Shown here: positions 53,131 through 62,048 of the stretch, one piece after another
Numbering within the stretch: position 1 is the first letter of the stretch
How the letters are laid out: every line of letters starts with the position of its first letter
Made by a program: the position numbers and the translations under genes
Source: Naegleria gruberi
Lineage: Eukaryota
Reading direction: 5' to 3' (one strand)
NCBI GenBank assembly: GCA_000004985.1
Contig: GG738892.1
DNA: 64,000 nt
Notes under the pieces: generated by a model
Told to the model about the DNA's origin: nothing
What the model saw: the letters and a program-made list of their open reading frames with translations, nothing else
Database searches by the model: none

Positions 53131-53291
53131 TTCGGATATTATTAAAAAATTTTGAATACGACTGATGGCGACACCTTCACTTTAAATTACTGTGCGGCGT
53201 GCATTGATTCTATTAAATATATCTATGGTAATGTGAAAAATCATAATCCAAAAATTAATTTACTATTTCATAACTACAGCTAAATATTAAT

Positions 53292-56200
53292 TTATTTAAA
53301 AACTGAAACTCTGTTGTTAGTCTCCTCACAAATATACAATTCTCCTGTGTGATGATCGACATCAAAACCAGTTGGTGAAAATAATTGACCGTGCTTACTT
53401 CCCTTCTCACCAAATCTCTTGACAATTCTCAAACAACGAGTCTTTCCATTTCTTGGTCCAAGTCTATCAATTAACAAATCATCATAACTTTCAAATTGTC
53501 CCAATTCATCCTTACTCTCCACAAAATTACAATCCTCATAGACATTGATTCGATGCCAATTATGAACTGACAAGTACAAGTATCCTGTAGATCTTTCAAA
53601 ATAAATATAATTGGTGGCCCATTCAATTTCTGGTGAAACACTTAGACTTCTCATATCATGAATTAATTCTCCTTCCCTTGTAAAGACCTTAATGGAACCA
53701 CTTGTAAAATCATAGGCCATTAAATGACCATCATTATTAAAGTCAACTCCCCAACCAGAATTAATTTCCTTAATGGTTCCAATAGTTCTGAGAATTTTAC
53801 CATCATGACTAATAACAGCAATTCTATTATTACACATGTCAGTAACGTAGACATCACTAGTCTCTGGATCGACAGTGAGACATGTTGGAGTAGAAATTTC
53901 ATCTGGATAATCTCCTGCAGATCCTCTTCCTGCTTGCCAAACTTGAACTTTTCCATCCCATGTATATTTGCTGTTTGTGTTGGCATTTCAATTAATTGTA
54001 ATGTAGCAGTAAATGCAATCAATTGTAAGAAAAATAAATAATACATACTAAACCTTATTAGTTGAAGTTCCTGATACAAGCAAAGTCTTATCATTGTAGT
54101 CAAATGCAATAGATCTACTTCCACCTGGAACTGAAAAGTGATACAAATATTTTTTAGTAGCACAATCAAAAACTTGAATTCTACCATTCAAATAATCTGA
54201 AACAAATGCTTGTCTTGTCATGGCATTAATTTTCACATCGTGTGGCAAGCTAAAAAGGCCAGGATCTCTTTGATGTCTAGAGTAATTTCCATACTTGTCT
54301 CCAAGCTTTCCAACATATTCAATCTTTCCAAATAGGCTGAATGTCTTTCTCTTGAAAACCGGTTGAGCAAGAGCTGAGGATTTGGTTGAGTTTGGAGGGG
54401 GCAATTCTTTAAGACCAGTATGGAATTTGGTCTTGTTTGACTTGTTGTGGAGAGTCAAGTGAAGTTCACAGAAATAGGCATCACAATCAGAGCAGTGATG
54501 AGTGGCATTGGTTTTTTCCTCTGCTTCATCAAAACATTTGGTACAATGAGGTACAGAACTTTCCTTCTTCAATTCTACCAAATCATCAACATGGAATTTG
54601 GTCTTGTTTGCCTTATTGTGTAGTGTCAAGTGTTCTTCACAAAAGTGGAGAGCACATGTCTTACAAAAGTGAGTAGCTTGCGTTTGTTCTTCATCATCGA
54701 GACACTTGTCACAGAATCGTTCGCCACTTGAGGAATCATTTGTTTCGGCAAGTGGAATCTTGGTTTCAACTGTTTCAATCAAATTTCCTCTCAAATATAA
54801 ATTAGTAGTGATTAATACATCTTTTCCATCGCCAGCTTGTTCCAACTCAATTGGAATGGATTTTTCATACTTTCCATTTTCTGGAATTAATTGAACTTGT
54901 TCTTCAAATGTTTTTGTGACAAATCTTGTGTCAAATGTAATGACATAGTGTACAGGGTTCGGAGTATACTTTCCATATGGAATTCCAGAAGCATTATTCA
55001 AGGTAATTTTCAATGTTGCTGCCTTTCCTGGTCTGAGAGCAGTTGGATCTTGAGAGATGGATTCAATACTGACAGGATATTGAACCTTAAAAGTTTTTGG
55101 AAGGGTTGAATTGTTAAATGTCTTTCCAAGAAGAGTTGCTTGTGAAATGATGGTAATTTCAGATTCCAAGCCACTACTACCATTCTCTCCTACAGTACCA
55201 TGAAAATCGTGTGGAACGACAATTTCCTCTTGAGGAGCAAGACTTGTATTCAATGTAAAACTTTCCTGACCAGCATTTGGAAGGAATTTGAATTTAGAGC
55301 TAGCCAAACTGGTAAAGCTAATCACTACTCCACTTGGGCATGTCAATTTTCCTTCATTCTTAATTTTGAGACCTGTAATCATGACAGCTTCACCTGGTTC
55401 AATAATTCCATCATTGGTGTTTACATCAGTTGTTTTCAATTCAAAATCTGAAACAACCAAATCATACATTTCACTTGCTTGCTCTAAAACCTGTCCAGTT
55501 TTAGAATCTACAATTACAAACTTCTTAACTCCTGATTGACCAGATTTTGATCCAGGTTCGCCAGCCTTGCCTTCCTGACCAGACTTACCACGATCTCCCT
55601 TTTGGCCATCCTTTCCTTTTTCTCCTGCCTTCTTTCCAGCACCATTTAGTGAGCTAGGATCTCCTCCTGAACCAGCATGTCCACGAGAACCTCCCAAACC
55701 AGCTGATCCAGCTCTACCTTGTTCACCTCCCATACCAGACATTCCTCCTCTACATTCAACTTGTAAAAAGATGAGATATTCTGGGTGGGATGTAGTTACA
55801 ATGACTTGATTGGTTGCATCTCCTCCATTAGCTCCATTTCCACCACTTTAGTTATTATTATTAAATTAGAAATTATTAGAAATAATTTAACAAATAATGG
55901 AAGATGAAAAAACTTACTCTCCACCATTACCTGAATGTCCACCATTTCCTCCTCTGCCACCATTTCCACCATTACCACCACTTCCTCCACTTTCACCTTT
56001 TCCTCCCTTTCCACCATTGCCACCTGATTCATTCAGAGAAGTGAAAAGTAGGGTCAGTACAACTCAATGAAATAGGATAATTAGAAACTTACCACTACCA
56101 CCTTCGCCTCCTGCTCCTCCGTCACCACCTCTACCACCATTTCCTCCATCACCTCCATTAGCTCTGAAAATCAACACGGATTCAGAAGCATCTTTAATAT

Positions 56201-56719
56201 CCAACAAGACACTTTCATTTGCAATATTTGATGACATGTTAAACTTTAACAAATTATCACTCTGGGATTCGATTGTAATTTGCACACTGGTGTGAGGACA
56301 CGATTTACCATCACTAGCATGACTGCCATTCAATCCATCAGTACCATTTCCTCCATTTCCTTTTGTGATTTCACAGAATTCCATAAGATGATGAATTTAA
56401 TGTCAACATATATATATTGAAATCATGTGCAATGATAACAAACCTCCAGAATCACCATCATCTCCTCTACCACCTCCACTCTTTCCCAAATGACCCGATC
56501 TTCCACTCTAAATTTGTTTCAACAACATATTAATATTTACATTTGATCATCAATCATATGATCAACAATACATTAAAATTTCCTTAAATACTATTGTGTG
56601 ATAGAATTACAAACCTCTCCTTTTGATCCTTTTTGTCCAGCTTGACCATCTGAACCATCCGAACCAACCTCACCACTCCAATCAATTATTTTAATCGAAT
56701 CAGTACATGAAGTGGCCAT
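53292..56719 (-). CDS. collagen-like / B-box zinc-finger / NHL-repeat protein, six exons: join(56719..56615, 56507..56444, 56359..56093, 56023..55918, 55845..54049, 53970..53292); introns 107, 84, 69, 72 and 78 nt
   Basis: Exons 1-4 and the start of exon 5 encode Gly-rich (GGX)n and G-X-Y runs (GSDGSDGQAGQKGSKGE / SGRSGHLGKSGGGRGDDGDSG / ..NGGDGGNGGRGGDGGAGGEGGSG / GNGGKGGKGESGGSGGNGGNGGRGG.. / ..AGEKGKDGQKGDRGKSGQEGKAGEPGSKSGQSG) interleaved with short beta-like segments. Exon 5 continues with a ~330-aa spacer and two B-box-type zinc fingers (CDKCLDDEEQTQATHFCKTCALHFCEEHLTLHNK.., CTKCFDEAEEKTNATHHCSDCDAYFCELHLTLHNK..). The exon 5-6 splice (tta|GTATGT..AACAG|c) continues the NHL propeller (..YKYTWDGKVQVWQ..NNRIAVISHDGKIL..NNRVSVFK). 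All donors are GTAAGT, GTATGT or GTTTGT, acceptors are YAG, and phases are consistent. Exon 3, 5 and 6 boundaries were checked against ORF-track codon positions; exons 1, 2 and 4 may be off by 1 nt. Confidence 0.7.
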
Positions 56720-57010
56720 TTTGTTTTTTGCTAAATTCGACTTGTAAAACATTATTCAATATTTATGCTCAATCAAACATGAAAGAACTTGCTAGGAAAT
56801 TGCAAATAACCGAATTGGAACACTAATAGTAAGGAGCGCCAATCAAGGTAAAAAATTCGTTGTGGGGGCGATTAAACATAATATTGTTGTCTAAGGCTAA
56901 AATGCGCGTTTTTGATTGTTATCGTGAGAAAATTTTGTACCAACATCGGATCAAGCCTTTTTAATTTTTTCAAAACTTGAAAAAAACAAATCAAAGACTA
57001 AGAGAGCAAA
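56720..57010. promoter_or_regulatory. divergent (bidirectional) promoter region between two B-box/NHL paralogues
   Basis: 291-bp AT-rich interval between the ATG of the minus-strand gene (56719) and the ATG of the plus-strand gene (57011); no ORF. Confidence 0.3.
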
Positions 57011-58480
57011 ATGCCACCAAAATTCTGCGCCAAATGTCTCGATGAAGAGGAAGAAGTTGCAGCAACTCATCACTGTCCAACATGTGATCTGTTAATGTGT
57101 GAGGTCCATTTGATGTTACACAATAAGGTGGCCAAGACTAAAGGACATGCTGCCGATGTGGTGGAAGTTAAAGAGGAAGAGGAAGAAAAGAAACAAATAA
57201 TGTGTCAAATGTGTATGGAAGATGATGAGGAAACAGCTGCCTTGTACTTTTGTCCTATTTGCAAGTTGAATATCTGTGAACTTCATTTGAATTTGCATAA
57301 CAAGATGAGCAAGACAAAGGGTCACGAAAAGGAGATCAAGATATTGGGAGAGGACGGATTGAGTACTTGTGCTCATTGTCAAGCTCATTGTCCTGATGAT
57401 TTTGTTGATGCTGTCTTTGCCTGTAGAGAATGTAAAACTAATTTGTGTTATCATCATGCTAAAATTCACACTCTTGCTTGTAATCATGCCAAAAATCCAA
57501 AACCTCAAGGTGAAGGATGTTCCCAACTCGATACCAACTCGTTCCGTCTATTGGCCGATAACAAGTTTAAACAATTTGCAGGAGATTTTGAATTTGTTGG
57601 ATTTTTGGGATCAAGTAATGAAGCTCAGGATGAATTTTTCTTGAAAGGAAGTGAAGGAAAGCAACCTCAACAATTCAAAAAACCAAATGGATTGAAAATT
57701 AACATTTATACAAAGGAAATATTTGTTTGTGACTCTCAAAATTGTAGAATTCAAGTTTTTGATTTGACCACAAGAGCATTCAAACGTGAAATGAAGTTTT
57801 TCAGCTTTTCACCACTTCATCTTGATTTTGATCTTTCAGATGACACTATGATCATTAGTGGTGATAATCAAACAGTTGCCAAGTACACAATGGATGGTAG
57901 AACTTTAATTTGGGAATATGGTAAACCAAACAATTATACTGCAACCGATGAGACATTTGGTAATTGTCGTGGTATTGTTGTAGATAATGAAGGGGATGGA
58001 AATGTTTACATTGCCGAGTGGAATAACGATAGAGTGAAGGTATTGACAAGAGATGGCAAGTTTGTCAAACACTTTATTGAAAAGCAATTATGGACTGCTC
58101 CTCAAGGATTGGCTATTAGAAATGGAAATTTACTAGTCAATTCTCGTTGTTATGGTCAAGGACAAGTTGCTGAATTGAGTCTTCCTGATGGAGAATTTAT
58201 TAAGAGTTATGGTAAAAAGCAAGACCTGGATCCTGAACTCCAAGATTCATGCTACATGTGTGTTGAACGATTTTCAGGAAATATTGTCATTGCGGATACT
58301 GACGATTCGTGGACCTCTCCAATTAAATTCATCAAGGGTCAAAGTTTACTCAAACTTGAAAAACCAAGAGGGCAAGGAAAGTTACATTTCAGTGCCCCAA
58401 CTGGCATTGACATTGATCCTTACACTGGTTTATTGTATGTATGCGATCGTGAAAATAATCGTGTTCAAATATTGAAATAA
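57011..58480 (+). CDS. B-box zinc-finger (x3) + NHL-repeat beta-propeller protein
   Basis: N-terminus has three B-box-like modules (CAKCLDEEEEVAATHHCPTCDLLMCEVHLMLHNK.., CQMCMEDDEETAALYFCPICKLNICELHLNLHNK.., CAHCQAHCPDDFVDAVFACRECKTNLCYHHAKIH). C-terminal ~270 aa carry NHL blades (..QNCRIQVFD.., ..NVYIAEWNNDRVKVL.., ..LYVCDRENNRVQILK). Single exon. Confidence 0.75.
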   Translation: MPPKFCAKCLDEEEEVAATHHCPTCDLLMCEVHLMLHNKVAKTKGHAADVVEVKEEEEEKKQIMCQMCMEDDEETAALYFCPICKLNICELHLNLHNKMSKTKGHEKEIKILGEDGLSTCAHCQAHCPDDFVDAVFACRECKTNLCYHHAKIHTLACNHAKNPKPQGEGCSQLDTNSFRLLADNKFKQFAGDFEFVGFLGSSNEAQDEFFLKGSEGKQPQQFKKPNGLKINIYTKEIFVCDSQNCRIQVFDLTTRAFKREMKFFSFSPLHLDFDLSDDTMIISGDNQTVAKYTMDGRTLIWEYGKPNNYTATDETFGNCRGIVVDNEGDGNVYIAEWNNDRVKVLTRDGKFVKHFIEKQLWTAPQGLAIRNGNLLVNSRCYGQGQVAELSLPDGEFIKSYGKKQDLDPELQDSCYMCVERFSGNIVIADTDDSWTSPIKFIKGQSLLKLEKPRGQGKLHFSAPTGIDIDPYTGLLYVCDRENNRVQILK

Positions 58481-58578
58481 ATTTGGTAGCTCTGTAAATT
58501 GTATATTATTAATCCAATTACAAAATCTTATTAAAATAATAATTTGTCAAGTTATTAAATACAAAATGAATTGGCAAT

Positions 58579-59817
58579 TTATTTATAAATAACAACCTTA
58601 TCTTCATCACAATTGACATACAAATAGCCATTAGTTGGGTCAATATCCATACCATATGGTCTGAATGGTCTTTCTCCTAATTGAGTTGAGCAACCAGTTG
58701 CTGTAGCCATTAATACTTTGCCATCTTTTTCAGTTAACTCGTAGAGAGTCAATTTCTTAGAGGACGGTTCAGACATGATCAAGTTGCCAGTACACTTTTC
58801 TACTATACAATAAATTGGAGGATTACAGAATGCATTCAGGGTGGAATTCTCATATCCAAAAACCTTATTAACAAATACTCCATCCTTTGTAAATAATTGA
58901 ACTCCTCTCTTGTGATATGTCTTGTTGCAATAGACAAGTAAATTCTTATTGTCGGCTGTCAACCCAATACAGTAAGGATCGTAAATTTCAGCAATGTCGC
59001 TTCCAATCTCTCCCTTCATTGTTCTTAAATATTGACCTGCACTGGAGAAGACTTGAATTCTTGAATTGAAACAATCAGCAACAAATACAGAACCATCCAA
59101 AGGATCGACCACACAAGTAGTATGATCAGAGAATCTGTCATTACTTTCACCTCTTGATTGATCAAATTTCCACACAACTTCACCACTCTCAACTTTAATT
59201 TTGTAAATATTACAACCACAACACAAGATCATTGCTTCATCATTATCACACAAGCACATCCAACGAGCAGTGGAAGGAGCCTTGATCGTTCTCTTTGGCT
59301 CTCTAGTCTTGCTATCAAAAACAGCAATCATACTATATTCATAAGACATGTAAATCTCTTGATTCTTGGCACTCACTTTAACATCAAATGATTTTCTAGT
59401 GCCAAGAGTTTGTTTTTCAATTTCCAAAGTACCAACAAGTGTGAAATTTCCACTAAATGGAACATCACCTCCCTTTCCAATCACTCTAATTTCTGGAGTG
59501 TGTGATTTACTCAGAGTTGAAATCTTGTGCAACTCGACATGATTTTTACATAAATTTAATTTACATTCATGACAATGATGACTAGCCTTCAAACATGTAT
59601 CCAACAATTTCTTCTCCTTCATTTCCAAACACTCATCACACATGTAAACAGGTTTTGAATTAATATCAATCACTTGATCCGCATGCCCGGAAGTCTTCTT
59701 TGCAGCATTATGAAGCTCCAAATGACTCTCACAAAAATAGAGAGCACATTGTGGGCAGTGATGAGAGGCTGGTGTTGTCTCCTCCACTTGTTTACACTTA
59801 TCGCAACATTGAACCAT
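58579..59817 (-). CDS. B-box zinc-finger + NHL-repeat beta-propeller protein (third paralogue)
   Basis: CDKCKQVEETTPASHHCPQCALYFCESHLELHN.., CDECLEMKEKKLLDTCLKASHHCHECKLNLCKNHVELHK.., then NHL blades (..FNSRIQVFS.., ..YLYVNCDEDKVVIYK). ATG start and single exon; convergent with the 57011 gene. Confidence 0.75.
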   Translation of the reverse strand: MVQCCDKCKQVEETTPASHHCPQCALYFCESHLELHNAAKKTSGHADQVIDINSKPVYMCDECLEMKEKKLLDTCLKASHHCHECKLNLCKNHVELHKISTLSKSHTPEIRVIGKGGDVPFSGNFTLVGTLEIEKQTLGTRKSFDVKVSAKNQEIYMSYEYSMIAVFDSKTREPKRTIKAPSTARWMCLCDNDEAMILCCGCNIYKIKVESGEVVWKFDQSRGESNDRFSDHTTCVVDPLDGSVFVADCFNSRIQVFSSAGQYLRTMKGEIGSDIAEIYDPYCIGLTADNKNLLVYCNKTYHKRGVQLFTKDGVFVNKVFGYENSTLNAFCNPPIYCIVEKCTGNLIMSEPSSKKLTLYELTEKDGKVLMATATGCSTQLGERPFRPYGMDIDPTNGYLYVNCDEDKVVIYK

Positions 59818-60143
59818 GGCTTTTTTTTTTGATTTTCTTCTTGTGAGTAAGCGACTAAGCGTTTTTTTTGATCACGAAGGATTCTTGTTCGGGTAATATT
59901 TTTGCCTATCGCCCTTTGTGAACATATGTAGTACGGCAATGTTCGATTTGGAAGGGAGAACAACTGGTGCAAAATTTAATCTTTACTACAGTATGTACGG
60001 TTTAGAGTCTTTGAAAAAAACAGTCTTAAATCTTCTATTGAGGTGGTTTAATAATTTTCCTTGATATTGAGGAAAGTGTTGCAATCTTCTTTAAATAACT
60101 GGAAATTTCCAATTTTTTTAAAATTAATAAAAATTAAAAAAAA

Positions 60144-61310
60144 ATGCCTCAACTCGATAACAATGAAGAGAAAGCCTTGATGATCAAACAGGAGAAAAGA
60201 CGGGAAATGTCTCTCCGATTTGGAAAGTCCATGATTAAGAAAACATTTCAACCAATGAAAAAAGTTTCTGCTATGGAGAGGAGGAAAAAATTGGGAATTG
60301 ATTGTGAGGAGGAAGAAATGAATTTAAATAGTGGCAAGAATGTAAGACCTTTATCGGAGGAGAAGAAGAAAAAGAGGTCTGTTGTGGATATGTCTCTATT
60401 CGAAAGTAGTGATGATGATATTTGTGATGATGAAGTTGAGGAGAAGGTGAACAATAGGATGAGAAAAAATAAGCCTTCCGACTTTATTGAAGAACAAGAT
60501 TCATCAAGCAAAGAGGAAGAAGAAATTATTCAAAAAAAGAAGAAACGAAAGGTTTCGTCCACAACTAAAAATATAATAACTAGCGAAAGAAATGTAAAAA
60601 TACCAAAAACAGCCAAATACTATACAAGCCTTGGAGTAGAAACATGTGAGTCTTCCAATTTGGATTTGGAATTTATTGAAATTTCATCCAATTCAAACTC
60701 TAAAAAAAAGATTTTAGAAATTAAGGAGCTAGTGGATAGCTCATTAAATTACGACGAATCAGAAGAAGACTTTACCAAAAAGCCATATAAGTTATTCATT
60801 TGTTTGGAAAAAGATTCTCGAGTGGTAGTTGGATGTCTGATTGCAGAAAAGATTTCATCTGCAAGAAGAATTCATTTCAAGAGGAAGGAAAATGAAAGCT
60901 CTTCCTCCAATAATAGTAACAGCAGTGACAATGGTTGTGATGATATTTTATCAGCACTCTTTGAATCATTTAAGCACTCACTCTCTCAGAGTATTGGAAC
61001 AGAAGAATTACACTCACCCAAGATTATTGATCATCCCAGCCTAGACATGGCTGATATAAATTTTGATAATAGCACCAATGAGAAGGAAAAGGCTGTGTGT
61101 GGTATTTCTAGGATTTGGGTCTCTGACGACTACAGAAGAAGAGGAATTGGAACAAAACTATTGGACTATACGAGAAAGCACCTCTGCTATGCCTATCAAG
61201 TACCAAGACAATATATTGCCCTTACTCCTTTCACACCACTGGGTTTTAAATTTATTATTGAATATCTTTCGAAAGGAAAAACAAGAGTGGATTCAGTTTT
61301 GGTTTATTGA
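60144..61310 (+). CDS. ECO1: Eco1/ESCO-family N-acetyltransferase (establishment of sister-chromatid cohesion)
   Basis: C-terminal acetyltransferase core CGISRIWVSDDYRRRGIGTKLLDYTRKHLCYAYQVPRQYIALTPFTPLGFKFI matches the ESCO signature (CGISRIWV...RR.GIA..L...........IAFS.PTP.G..FA). Basic/acidic low-complexity N-terminal half as in Eco1 orthologues. Confidence 0.75.
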   Translation: MPQLDNNEEKALMIKQEKRREMSLRFGKSMIKKTFQPMKKVSAMERRKKLGIDCEEEEMNLNSGKNVRPLSEEKKKKRSVVDMSLFESSDDDICDDEVEEKVNNRMRKNKPSDFIEEQDSSSKEEEEIIQKKKKRKVSSTTKNIITSERNVKIPKTAKYYTSLGVETCESSNLDLEFIEISSNSNSKKKILEIKELVDSSLNYDESEEDFTKKPYKLFICLEKDSRVVVGCLIAEKISSARRIHFKRKENESSSSNNSNSSDNGCDDILSALFESFKHSLSQSIGTEELHSPKIIDHPSLDMADINFDNSTNEKEKAVCGISRIWVSDDYRRRGIGTKLLDYTRKHLCYAYQVPRQYIALTPFTPLGFKFIIEYLSKGKTRVDSVLVY

Positions 61311-61436
61311 GAATATTAGAAGTTACATTTTCATAATATTGTGAACCATTCTTGGTACCAGGAGCTGAAGTCCGTAATTAGTGATTTTACAATAGCAAGG
61401 AAAATCTGTAAAATTTTTTATTGTCAATCAAAAAAA

Positions 61437-62048
61437 ATGTCCAAACGAAGCAATGATGAGAGAACAAGAGAGGAACACGCCAAAAAGATTAAACTCTCGA
61501 CTGTTACCACCAATGAAACAACAACAGCATCACAAACGAATAATTTGTTGATGAATTTACCAAAGGATGAATTTTCACACATGATTTCTTTTTTAAATAT
61601 CGGAGAAGTGATAATGTTGAGTTTGTCATGTAAATTTATTCACAACTTCTTAAACGAACACCTACAAATGATTTATCCATATGTTGTTAATTCATATTCG
61701 GAGGGAAAGTATCCAGAGTGGAGTATTGGACGTGCTTTAAAGACTCATCGAAGATTGGTAATTAATAGCAAGTCAATTGATGAACTTAATGACGTTTTTA
61801 ACAGCATGATTAAAAAGAATGAGCCATTTTCCAAATTAACAAAATCAGTGGAAATAATTAGTATTGATCCTGGATTGGAAATGAAAAAACTTTTAAATCT
61901 CCTTTCCAAATCAACAGGACAACCAAAACAAAATGTGAAATTTGTAAGACTTTCCTATTCTAAAGATGAAAAATCAGATGAAGAAGACGAAGATGAAGAC
62001 GAAAAGACCCAAATGTTCAAAAATATAGAGAAGAATCACCAACATTGA
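61437..62048 (+). CDS. F-box-like N-terminal part of an F-box/LRR gene (frame break at ~62045)
   Basis: Track ORF starts on GTG at 61341, and the first ATG is at 61437. F-box-like motif LPKDEFSHMISFLNIGEVIMLSLSCKFIHNFL, with the acidic tail ending at a TGA. The LRR-encoding ORF 62045..63346 follows in another frame. Confidence 0.4.
   Translation: MSKRSNDERTREEHAKKIKLSTVTTNETTTASQTNNLLMNLPKDEFSHMISFLNIGEVIMLSLSCKFIHNFLNEHLQMIYPYVVNSYSEGKYPEWSIGRALKTHRRLVINSKSIDELNDVFNSMIKKNEPFSKLTKSVEIISIDPGLEMKKLLNLLSKSTGQPKQNVKFVRLSYSKDEKSDEEDEDEDEKTQMFKNIEKNHQH

Noticed and set aside
55796-56032. 78-aa ORF (MNQVAMVEREEKVKVEEVVVMVEMVAEEEMV..)
   Set aside because: It is the out-of-frame reading of the Gly-rich (GGN/GGK) exon 4 of the collagen/B-box/NHL gene
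5913-61341. Track start codons at 5913, 12768, 19024, 23845, 42426, 43884, 46870, 49286, 61341, 62045
   Set aside because: These positions are TTG or GTG in the sequence (the track was evidently built with a bacterial-type start set). The nearest in-frame ATG or a splice acceptor is the real start in each case
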